Assembly (NCBI GenBank): GCA_965203905.1
Contig: CBDBDQ010000005.1
Coordinates: forward strand, 3,712,001-3,776,000
Source: Spirochaetia bacterium
GTDB taxonomy: Bacteria; Spirochaetota; Spirochaetia; SZUA-6; Bin103
Length of the DNA: 64,000 nucleotides
Direction of reading: 5' to 3'
Each line of letters starts with the position of its first letter. The stretch's first letter is position 1. This document shows positions 29,056 through 37,734 of the stretch, piece by piece. The notes under the pieces are model-generated. The model ran no database searches. It worked only from the letters and a program-made list of their open reading frames with translations, and was not told where the DNA came from. Position numbers and translations under genes: made by a program.

Positions 29056-30377
29056 AGCCCCAACGATCTGCGAGTCTCGTCCATAAAAAACTGCCGGTAG
29101 CCGTCGGGCGCATCCAGGATGTTGCCTTCGCCGTCGATCCTGAGCGAGTGAATGCGCACATCCAGCCGTTGACGCTCGAAGAACAGGATGGAGACGTCCT
29201 CCGGCTGCAGCGTGGTGGCCCCGTCTCGTACGTCCATCCGCACGCGATCGAGCAGATGGTCACTGTGGGTCTCCACCACTAACTGGCGATCTCGCTGTGC
29301 GCTCTGGCAGAACAAGCTGCCGAGGGCGGCCTGGGCGCTCGGATGGAGATGCACTTCCGGCTGCTGCAACAGCAGCAGTGGAGCGGTCTCCTTCCGCAGG
29401 AGTTCGATAATGACCGGCAACACCTGACTGACGCCGTAGCCGACATCGATCAGGTTCCGGCGGGGGCCCTTCAGCTTGCCGCTGTACTTCCTGACCTGTA
29501 CTTGGAACGGCTCGCCCTCCCTACGTCCGAGCTGCCTGATGGAGACTTCGTCGAACAACCCCGACGATTGTCCGAATCTCTCAAGCATGACTTTGATACG
29601 TTCCCACTCCGGCCGGTCTCGAACGTAGACATCGGCGAGGTACATGGGGATGTAGTCTCCCTCCGCGTCGGCGGTGGAACGCGCAGGATCGTACGTGCGC
29701 CGTGGCTTGGACCGAACCGGGGCGCTTGCAAATGGATGCCATCTGGAAACATGATGGCGATCCATATCCCAGGAGGCGACAAACTCGTCGAGTTCGTCGT
29801 CGTCCTCTTGCGTGAATGGCAAGGAGCCCTCCGGCAAGGATGGTGCGTCCAGCGTTATTGCCGAGCGTTCGGCAGACAGCCAGAACGCAATGAGTGAGGC
29901 TGCGAAGCCATCGTCTATCGAAGTTCTGCGGTCCTGCGACAACGGGAGTTCCCATGCACCACGTCCAGTTCCCGCTCGTAGTGCGCACAGCCTGTTCCCT
30001 TCCCAAAGCTGCTCAATCCACAGATTCCCGCTCTTGATGACCTTGCGAACGGGAACCGGAGCCGTCCCCTGTTTGCCGAAGGTGACCGCGAAGTGATAGG
30101 CGTCGGCGTCAAACCCCGCTTCGAAGGTGTCGGGGTGGCCCGTCCGCCCGCCACGATGGTGGGCGATCTCCTCGAAGCTCCCCAGGTCGTAGGGAGCTTC
30201 CTTGAAGTCCGGTACCCGATTCCCGACGCCAACGTCCCACAGCGCCCGGATCAGGGCCAGGAAGGAAGTCTTGCCGGTGCTGTTGTCGCCGACGAGCAGG
30301 GTCAGCGGGGCGAGGCGCGCCGTCTGCCGTTCGTGGAAGCAGCGAAAGTTCTGCAGCGTAATGGTTTTCAGCTTCAT
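28911..30377 (-). CDS. ABC-type AAA ATPase (AAA_15/AAA_21, DUF3696-like C-terminus)
   Basis: MKLKTITLQNFRCF, GDNSTGKT, VGYGVSQ, LLLQQPEVHLHP, VETHSDHL; the natural end near ETRRSLGL appears to have lost its stop. Confidence 0.88.
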   Translation of the reverse strand: MKLKTITLQNFRCFHERQTARLAPLTLLVGDNSTGKTSFLALIRALWDVGVGNRVPDFKEAPYDLGSFEEIAHHRGGRTGHPDTFEAGFDADAYHFAVTFGKQGTAPVPVRKVIKSGNLWIEQLWEGNRLCALRAGTGRGAWELPLSQDRRTSIDDGFAASLIAFWLSAERSAITLDAPSLPEGSLPFTQEDDDELDEFVASWDMDRHHVSRWHPFASAPVRSKPRRTYDPARSTADAEGDYIPMYLADVYVRDRPEWERIKVMLERFGQSSGLFDEVSIRQLGRREGEPFQVQVRKYSGKLKGPRRNLIDVGYGVSQVLPVIIELLRKETAPLLLLQQPEVHLHPSAQAALGSLFCQSAQRDRQLVVETHSDHLLDRVRMDVRDGATTLQPEDVSILFFERQRLDVRIHSLRIDGEGNILDAPDGYRQFFMDETRRSLGLSRLGAGKRRPPVVFERLDPAPGFRKPRPYQQTTRQDLFHACRGTDSG

Positions 30378-30572
30378 GTGCGGCGCCTCGATGGCCGCTC
30401 CAGCGTGGTCATCGCGTCGCATCATAGCCGCGGCAAGCGGGAGCGGCGACGACCTTACATCTTCACCGGGGCTATCGGGTCGCCGATCCGTTGCTCGCCG
30501 CCTACCTCCGCCGCTACCGGTAGCACGGGCACGTGGCCGCCGCGGCAGCGGGGCGCTACCGGCCAGCCACCA

Positions 30573-30611
30573 CCCGGAGGCCGCTCGCCGTGCGGCGTCG
30601 CGGTCTCCGGG
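30573..30611 (-). terminator. GC-rich hairpin downstream of SBP copy 3
   Basis: Nearly identical to 27081-27119. Confidence 0.5.
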
Positions 30612-30630
30612 CAGTGTGGCAGGCGCGCTG

Positions 30631-32193
30631 CTACATTTCGGCGTGCTGGGCGCGTGCCTCCGCGAGCACGGTCTCGCCACCGGCGCGCATCCACTGCTCC
30701 ACGTAGGTGTCCCAGTCGCCCTCGGTGTCGGCGTCGCCGGTGATCGCCTTCCACAGGTACTCTTCGCGCACCCGAGCCATGTCGGCGCGGTGGTCGTTCT
30801 GGGTCTCCAGCACCCAGCCGTGGCCGAGCGCCGGCGCGATGATGTTGTAGCTCTCCTGGCGCTCCACCATCTCCTCGGCCTCGCGGCCGAACGAGGCGGT
30901 GAACATCCAGCCGTAGCGGATGTTGGTGAGGAAGAACAGCACTCCCAGGTCGCCCTGCGCCTCCATGCTCTGCATGTGCGGCAGGTAGTGGCGCATGCCG
31001 CCCTCGTCGAACTCGAAGTGCTCGCCCTCGACGCCGTGCCAGATCAGGTTGTGGTAGAAGGGATCGGCTATCTGCAGCTCGATCAACTCGATGATCTTCT
31101 GCAGTTGCAGGTCGCTGGTGTCCTTGCCGATGGTGTGGTAGGTCCACAGCGCCGGGCGCAGCTCCCAGACCGGTTCGTGGCCGGCTGCTCTCAGCTCGCC
31201 GAGGTACGCCACGCGGGCGTCGGGGTCCTTCTCGAACAGGTTGTAGAACCACATGCCGGGACGGTACTTGGGCAGCACCCAGGTCCAGGTGTCGCCGGCG
31301 AAGCCGACGTGGCCGTCCTGGAACAGCGTACCGACGGTCTGCTTGTCCGGCAGCGTGATGTCGGGATGGATCACGCCCGCCTCCCACACTTCGTTCATCC
31401 AGCGCAGGAAGTCGCGGAACCCCTCGGTGACCTCGAAGAAGGTGATCTCGCCGGTCGTGGGATCGAGGTAGGGCCGCTCGATGTGCTCATAGCCGAACGC
31501 CGCCAGGAAGGTGCGCAGGCTGCTGGTCCAGCTTCCCGGAGACGTGGCCGAGGTGGCGATGCCCCAGGTGTTCTTCTCGCCGTCGCCGTCGGGATCGTCG
31601 AAGGTGAACTGGCGCGCCACCTCGGCGAACTCCTCCACGGTGGTCGGCACCGACGCCCCTACCGCGTCCAGCCAGTCGGCGCGCGCCACGAGCTGGTGCT
31701 TGATCTCCAGGCCGCCGTTGGGCAGCGCCCACAGCGTCTCGGTGTCCTTGTCCCAGGAGGGGAACTCGAACCAGACCCCCTCCACCATGTCATTGGCATA
31801 GTCGCGCCAGTAGGTGGGGGCGTACTGCTTGACCATGTCGAGCGGGATCTCGCGCAGCAGCCCCTCGTCCTTGTAGCGCAGCATGTTGTTCTGGGTGGCC
31901 AGCATGTGGTCGGGAATCTCGCCGGTCGCGAACAGCAGGTTCATCTCCTCGGCGCTGAAGGCGTCGGACTTGACCGCGCGCAGGTCGACGTTCAGCGCCT
32001 TGTTGAACTCCTGGATGATGCGGCTGTCCGGCTTCGGGTAAAGCGCTCCGCCCGGCGTTTTCAGACGCAGCCCGACCCAGTTGAGCACGACCGGACCCTC
32101 CTCTGCGGCGGCGGTCTCTGCCTCCGATGCGGCGAACACTGCCGGTGTGGCCGCAACCAGGACTGCGATTGCTAGTACGGTGAGTCTTCTCAC
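30631..32193 (-). CDS. Extracellular solute-binding protein (copy 3, operon-proximal)
   Basis: GTG 32193 after AAGGAG; directly follows the permeases. Confidence 0.92.
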   Translation of the reverse strand: MRRLTVLAIAVLVAATPAVFAASEAETAAAEEGPVVLNWVGLRLKTPGGALYPKPDSRIIQEFNKALNVDLRAVKSDAFSAEEMNLLFATGEIPDHMLATQNNMLRYKDEGLLREIPLDMVKQYAPTYWRDYANDMVEGVWFEFPSWDKDTETLWALPNGGLEIKHQLVARADWLDAVGASVPTTVEEFAEVARQFTFDDPDGDGEKNTWGIATSATSPGSWTSSLRTFLAAFGYEHIERPYLDPTTGEITFFEVTEGFRDFLRWMNEVWEAGVIHPDITLPDKQTVGTLFQDGHVGFAGDTWTWVLPKYRPGMWFYNLFEKDPDARVAYLGELRAAGHEPVWELRPALWTYHTIGKDTSDLQLQKIIELIELQIADPFYHNLIWHGVEGEHFEFDEGGMRHYLPHMQSMEAQGDLGVLFFLTNIRYGWMFTASFGREAEEMVERQESYNIIAPALGHGWVLETQNDHRADMARVREEYLWKAITGDADTEGDWDTYVEQWMRAGGETVLAEARAQHAEM

Positions 32194-32260
32194 GTCGTAA
32201 CTCCTTGGATGGTGGTATGGAGGCGGTCGCGCCGCCGGTCCCCGTAACACGGGGCTATCG

Positions 32261-33157
32261 TCACCCTTTCAGTGAGCCGATCATGATACCCTTGACGAAG
32301 TAGCGCTGCACGAACGGGTAGGCGAGCAGAATCGGGCCGATCGAGATCAGCACCGTGGCCGCCTTGATCGACTCCGGCACCACCGACTCGGCCCCGGACA
32401 CCGAGTCGTCGCTCTCGCCCAGGAAAGCCGAATCGTCCTGCTCGATGATCACCCGCCTCAGCACCAGTTGCAGCACGGTCTTGGTCTCGTCGCGGATGAA
32501 GATCAGCGCGTCGAACCAGGAGTTCCAGTGCTGCACCGCCACCCACAGGCCGATGGTGGCCATGATCGGCACCGACAGCGGGATGATGATCTGGAGCAGA
32601 ATGCGGAAGAACGAGGCGCCGTCGATCATGGCCGACTCCTCCAGCGAGTCGGGGATGGTCATGATGAAGTTGCGCATGATCAGCAGGTTGTAGGTGCCGA
32701 GCAGGATCGGGAAGATCAGCGCCGCGCGGGTGTCCAGCATGCCCAGACTCCGTACCAGCAGGTAGCGCGGAATCAGGCCCCCCGAAAAGAACATCGGGAT
32801 CAGGAAGAAGATGGTGAGGTAGTTGCGCAGCGGCAGCTTGCGCTTGGCCAGCGGGTAGGCGGTGCAGAACGAGAAGAACACCGCCAGCACGGTGCCCACC
32901 ACGGTGCGGAACACGGTGTTGATGTAGCCGTAGTAGATCAGCCGCGACGAGAACGCCACCCGGTACGCCTCCAGGGTCACCTCCTCGGGCCACAGCTTGA
33001 TGCCCCAGCTCGAGGCCAGCAGCCCCGGCAGCAGCGAGACTACCGCGGTTTCCCAGAACGGGTAGATCATCAGCACCGAGAACACGAACAGGAACACGTA
33101 GTTGCCCAGGTCGAACAGCCGCTCCGAAGTCGGGCGCCCGCGGGCTCCCGCTACCAT
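32261..33157 (-). CDS. Carbohydrate ABC permease
   Basis: EAA motif EESAMIDGAS, WNSWFDA, YPFVQRYFVKGIMIGSLKG. Confidence 0.95.
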   Translation of the reverse strand: MVAGARGRPTSERLFDLGNYVFLFVFSVLMIYPFWETAVVSLLPGLLASSWGIKLWPEEVTLEAYRVAFSSRLIYYGYINTVFRTVVGTVLAVFFSFCTAYPLAKRKLPLRNYLTIFFLIPMFFSGGLIPRYLLVRSLGMLDTRAALIFPILLGTYNLLIMRNFIMTIPDSLEESAMIDGASFFRILLQIIIPLSVPIMATIGLWVAVQHWNSWFDALIFIRDETKTVLQLVLRRVIIEQDDSAFLGESDDSVSGAESVVPESIKAATVLISIGPILLAYPFVQRYFVKGIMIGSLKG

Positions 33158-33166
33158 GCCGCGTTC

Positions 33167-34114
33167 CTACCAGACGCCATATTCGGAGAAGCGGTTCACG
33201 ATGGCGTTGGTGAACAGCAGCATCAGCAGGCCGAGCACGTTCTTGAACAGGCCGATGGCGGTGGAGTAGCTGTAGTCGAACTCCACCAGGCCGATGCGGT
33301 AGACGTAGGTGTCGATGATGTCGCCCACCTCGTAGGTGATCGGGTTGTAGAGGTTGAAGATCTCCTCGAAGCCGGCGTTCATCAGGAACCCGACCCGCAG
33401 GATGAACAGGATCACGATCACCGGCGCCAGCGAGGGCAGGGTGATGGAGATGGCCTGGCGGAAGCGCCCGGCGCCGTCCACGGTAGCCGCCTCGTAGAGC
33501 TCCGTATCGATGGAGGAGATGGCGGCCAGGTAGATGATCGAGCCCCACCCCACGTCCTTCCAGATGTTGGCCGCCACGATCATGGGGCGGAAGAAGCCCG
33601 GCTCGATCATGAAGTTGACCGGCTCCATCCCGACCAGGCTCAGCAGGTAGTTGACCACGCCGCTGGTGGGGGAGAGGAGTTGGCGGATCAGGGCCGCGAT
33701 CACCACCCAGCTTATGAAGTGCGGCAGGTAGGAGATGGTCTGCACCACCTTCTTGAAGTGGCGCGCGCGCACCTCGTTGAGCAGCAGCGCCAGGATGATC
33801 GGCGCCGGGAAGCCGAAGATGATCTTGTAGAACGAGATCAGCAGAGTGTTGCGGAACACGTTGAGGAACTGCGGGCTGCGGAACAGGCGCTCGAAGTTGT
33901 CGAAGCCCACCCACGGGCTGCCCAGGATGCCCTGCAGGATGCGGTACTTCTTGAAGGCGATGATCACCCCGTACATGGGGTAGTACTCGAAGATCAGGAA
34001 CCAGGCGATGGCCGGCAGCAGCATGATGAACATGCCGCGGTAGAGGAGGATGGAACGCCACAGGCTGCGCTTGGCGAGATCTCCGTTACTGGTTGCCGAT
34101 TGGATGCCGCCCAC
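33167..34114 (-). CDS. Carbohydrate ABC permease (LplB-like)
   Basis: SPWVGFDNF, YLPHFISWVV, LYEAATVDGAGRF; exact start uncertain. Confidence 0.95.
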   Translation of the reverse strand: MGGIQSATSNGDLAKRSLWRSILLYRGMFIMLLPAIAWFLIFEYYPMYGVIIAFKKYRILQGILGSPWVGFDNFERLFRSPQFLNVFRNTLLISFYKIIFGFPAPIILALLLNEVRARHFKKVVQTISYLPHFISWVVIAALIRQLLSPTSGVVNYLLSLVGMEPVNFMIEPGFFRPMIVAANIWKDVGWGSIIYLAAISSIDTELYEAATVDGAGRFRQAISITLPSLAPVIVILFILRVGFLMNAGFEEIFNLYNPITYEVGDIIDTYVYRIGLVEFDYSYSTAIGLFKNVLGLLMLLFTNAIVNRFSEYGVW

Positions 34115-34315
34115 CGAATCGCTGCTCCGGACGCGAGCGTATCACACCGCGGGAACAGAGCGTAAGTCCGCTGCCGCATGCCCATGAGCCGGGCCAGCCC
34201 GACCGGTGCGGACCAGTCAGCTCAGGCGGCGAGGAGTGCCGAGTATCGTCAGGATACGTCCGAGGTGTTGGCGATTGACGGCGTGGAGTGCCATACTGCT
34301 CACAGGAGTCAGCAG

Positions 34316-34549
34316 ATGAGCGATACCGGAATCGAGACGAACCCCGAGGTGATGTTGGGGAAACCGGTTGTCCGGGGCACGCGTGTTACCGTTGAACTCC
34401 TCCTGCGCAAACTGAGCGAGGGTGCGTCGGAGGACGACCTGCTCGACGCCTATCCTCGCATCACGCGGGAGGATCTGCGTGCCGCCGTGGGCTTCGCCGC
34501 CGAGACGCTGGCCAACGACGAGACGGTATTCGTGAGCCATCCCGGATAG
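34316..34549 (+). CDS. DUF433-family antitoxin
   Basis: NPEVMLGKPVVRGTRVTVE...DAYPRIT; AGGAG RBS. Confidence 0.9.
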   Translation: MSDTGIETNPEVMLGKPVVRGTRVTVELLLRKLSEGASEDDLLDAYPRITREDLRAAVGFAAETLANDETVFVSHPG

Positions 34550-34552
34550 CAG

Positions 34553-34701
34553 GTGCGCTTCCTGGCCGACGAGAGCTGCGACTATGCAGTGATCCGGGCG
34601 ACGACGTGGTGGACCTTGCCGCCAAGCACGGAGATCGACTGGCCGGATCCTTCGTCGTCGTTACGCCGGCTCAAATCCGCTTCCGACCGATGCCCGGGTA
34701 G
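34553..34701 (+). pseudogene. DUF5615 PIN-like toxin with internal deletion
   Basis: VRFLADESCDYAVIRA joined out of frame to DVVDLAAKHGDRLAGSFVVVTPAQIRFRPMPG*; only about 150 bp remain. Confidence 0.75.
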
Positions 34702-35087
34702 GCGCACGGTCGTCTGACAGCCGGTGCAGCGAGTGCCTCCCCGCGCCGTATCGCGGCGGCCGGCGCATTCGTCTCACCAGGACTCTTGAGACGGTGGCAC
34801 CGACTCAAGTGGCGGTGGTCAGCCGCTCGTACTCGATTTCGGATGAGCGCTTGACGCCGTGCTGCTCGGCCCACTCCTGCAGCGCCCACGCGTCGACGAT
34901 CGTGCTCGGGTGCTTGTGGCTGCCGACGAGTTGGCGGCGTCTCGCCATCGGGCCGCGCTTCGCCATCCCCATCGCCCGCATCGACCACGACATCCTGTTC
35001 CCCGGCCACCGCGCCATTCTGGTGTCGGGCCGGGACTACATGGGCTCCAACCGCCTGACCACCCCGCCGGCCGAGGGTTAGCGTGGG

Positions 35088-36701
35088 TCAGGCGTGCCGG
35101 CGTTCGTAGCGGCGCTCGATCCACCTCAGGAAGCTGGCGCAGGCGAGGGTGATCACCACGTACAGGACCGCGGCCGTGTTGAAGGGGGCGAAGGGCAGGA
35201 AGCTGGCGGACTGGAACTCGCGCATGCGCTGGGTGACGTCGCGCACCGACAGGATCGACAGCAGCGACGTGTCCTTGATCATGGCGATGAACTCGTTGCC
35301 GAGCGGCGGCACCACGATGCGCAGCGCCTGGGGCAGGATGATCAGCCGCGCCGCCAGCCATCGCGACAGCCCCAGGCTCTTGGCCGCCTCCACCTGTCCC
35401 TTGGGGACGGCTTCGATTCCCGCGCGGAAGATCTCGGCCATGTAGGCGGAGTAGCCGACCGCGATCGCGATCACCCCGCGCGTGAAGTTCGCCAGGTCGA
35501 TGCCGCCGCCGGTAGCGTCCTTGATGGCACCGGAAAGCGGCAGACCGATGTAGAGCACGATGACCAGCATCGGGATCCCCCGAATCGTGTCGACGAAGAA
35601 CTCGGCTCCCACCGCCAGCGGATGCAGCCGGTGCAGGGCGCCGCCGCAGGTCAGTATGAGCAGCAGAACGCCGAGCACGGAGAAGGCCAGCGCCGCGGCC
35701 CGCACGCTCTCGGGCAGGAACCGGGTTGCCCAGACTACCGGGAGCCGGCCGTCATGCGCGCTCACCGGCACGAACGCGCCGGACACGCTGTCGACCGTTG
35801 CGATCTGTTCCAGCGCCGTGGCTACGTCCGGGACGCTGCGAATGCGCACCGCAGCGCCGTCCCCGCCCGGGTACTCGCCGAAGCGGATGGTGTCGACGAC
35901 CGCCTGCGGGGTGCCCTTGACGATTGCGATCCTGGCCTCGGTGGAGCCGACCACGGCGTACTCCACCCGTGGCTGCGCCCAGAAGAAGCCCGCCGTGGCG
36001 AGCAGCAGGAGGCTGACCGCGGCGTAGACCGGGGTGGTCGACCGGGAGTTGCGCAGGCTCTGCAGTCCGGTCCACGTCAGGCCGAGAATCGCGGCCAGCA
36101 CATACGCGAACACCGCGGCCCGGAGTGTCACCGCGATGCCGGTCGCGAAGCCCCAGTGGCAGATGAACACCAGGTAGAACAGGGCCACGCCCGACAGCGC
36201 CTCGAACCCCCGGATGCAGTACTTGCGCAGCGGCCCCGCCGCACGGGCCGCCGCCAGCGTGAAGGCCAGAAACAGCGACCCGTAGACCGCGAGACCGATC
36301 CGGAACCGCTCCGAGACCAGGGGGAGAATCTCCGCCTTCAGGGTCCAGGGACGCGCGGTGCGGTCGACCAGCTCGGAGGCCGCCGGGTCGAGCGAATGGA
36401 ACAGCACCGACTGCACGAACGGGTCCGCGAGCGGCGGTGACGCCAGGATCAGCACGATGACGAGCGCATGCACCGGCAGCGCGCCGCGCGCGGCCGGCAC
36501 CAGCCAGCGTGGCGCGGCGCCACCCATGGTCCAGCGGCGCGCGGCCAGGAAGCCGGTCGCGAACAGCGCCAGCAGGAGCAGGAAGCCGAGCAGCAGTGCG
36601 GGCGCCCCCGGCTCGATGCCGATGATCGCCTTCAGCGAGCGCAGGTACTTGCTGGAGGACGCGAACAGGAACACCAGGAACGGGGTCGCCGCCAGCAGCA
36701 C
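35088..36701 (-). CDS. Polar amino acid ABC permease, extended
   Basis: C-terminal FVDTIRGIP, SAYMAEIFRAGI, GQVEAAKSLG, IKDTSL; extra TMs and a soluble insert; start uncertain. Confidence 0.88.
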   Translation of the reverse strand: MLLAATPFLVFLFASSSKYLRSLKAIIGIEPGAPALLLGFLLLLALFATGFLAARRWTMGGAAPRWLVPAARGALPVHALVIVLILASPPLADPFVQSVLFHSLDPAASELVDRTARPWTLKAEILPLVSERFRIGLAVYGSLFLAFTLAAARAAGPLRKYCIRGFEALSGVALFYLVFICHWGFATGIAVTLRAAVFAYVLAAILGLTWTGLQSLRNSRSTTPVYAAVSLLLLATAGFFWAQPRVEYAVVGSTEARIAIVKGTPQAVVDTIRFGEYPGGDGAAVRIRSVPDVATALEQIATVDSVSGAFVPVSAHDGRLPVVWATRFLPESVRAAALAFSVLGVLLLILTCGGALHRLHPLAVGAEFFVDTIRGIPMLVIVLYIGLPLSGAIKDATGGGIDLANFTRGVIAIAVGYSAYMAEIFRAGIEAVPKGQVEAAKSLGLSRWLAARLIILPQALRIVVPPLGNEFIAMIKDTSLLSILSVRDVTQRMREFQSASFLPFAPFNTAAVLYVVITLACASFLRWIERRYERRHA

Positions 36702-36788
36702 CAGGTTGCTCGGGCGGACTCGTTTCAGGCTAATGATGTGCGGCCCCCGCGCGCCGGCCCGTGGCCGGCAAGCCCAGATCGGATTCTG

Positions 36789-37538
36789 TCAGTCAGTAGT
36801 CCAGTACTGCCCGATCAACTGGTCGAGGGTGCCGTCTTCCTTGATCGCCGCGAGACCCTCGTTGAATGCGTCGACCAGGGGATCGCCTTCCTGGAACACG
36901 ATGCCGAGTGGATCGGCCTGCAATCCGGTGACCCCGATGGTCAGCTCGCCCGCGAATTCCTGCTCGTAGGCAGCCCCCGAGGTGCCGTCGATCACCACCC
37001 CGTCCACGTCGGCGTTCTGCAACGCCAGGATCGCCCCGGCGAACGCGTCATACAGGCTCACGTTGTCGCGCCCGACCAGCTCTTCCGCCAACTGCGCGTT
37101 GGTGGTGGCGGTCTGCGCCGCCAGCTTCCTTCCGCCCATCTTGAAGTCGTCCGCCGTCAGCTCGGCATCCTCCACCCGAACCAGGATCGCCTGGCTCACG
37201 ACCAGGTAGGGCTCCGAGAAATCCATCGTCTCGTCGCGTTCGGCGGTGATCGACACGCCCGACACCACGAGGTCGAATTCACCCTGCTGCAGGGCGGCGA
37301 AGATCCCGTCCCAGGCCGTGTTCACGAACTGCGGCACGCAATTGATGCGGTCGCACACCGCATTCAACATGTCGACGTCGAAACCGACAATCTCGCCGGT
37401 CGCCTCGTCGACGGTCTCCATCGGCGGGTAGGTGGCGTCCGTTCCCACCTTGAGCACCTTGCCTTCCAGATCGGCGGCGTGGGCTCCTGCCGCAAGGACC
37501 ACGAACAAGCCCGCGAGGGCAATGGATTGTTTGAGCAT
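36789..37538 (-). CDS. Polar amino acid ABC substrate-binding protein
   Basis: Signal peptide, VGTDATYPPME, GFDVD, SITAER..DFSEPY. Confidence 0.93.
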   Translation of the reverse strand: MLKQSIALAGLFVVLAAGAHAADLEGKVLKVGTDATYPPMETVDEATGEIVGFDVDMLNAVCDRINCVPQFVNTAWDGIFAALQQGEFDLVVSGVSITAERDETMDFSEPYLVVSQAILVRVEDAELTADDFKMGGRKLAAQTATTNAQLAEELVGRDNVSLYDAFAGAILALQNADVDGVVIDGTSGAAYEQEFAGELTIGVTGLQADPLGIVFQEGDPLVDAFNEGLAAIKEDGTLDQLIGQYWTTD

Positions 37539-37734
37539 GGCTGAACCTCCTGACACCGGGTCGCTCCTCGATAACCCCCGTATACTGGACGCTCGCGCCG
37601 CGCAAGGGCAAGCAGGCGGGAGGCAGGACTATCCCACGCTACGCGAGAAGCGGACTACCGGTCGTTGCTCCCGCTGCCCTTGGACCGACGCCCAGTCGCC
37701 GGACCGCCCCAACTCGCACCCCGGCGAGCGCCGA

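Noticed and set aside
24364-32193. Diversity-generating retroelement behind the SBP variation
   Set aside because: No reverse transcriptase in the window, and the differences are not adenine-specific or confined to a VR.
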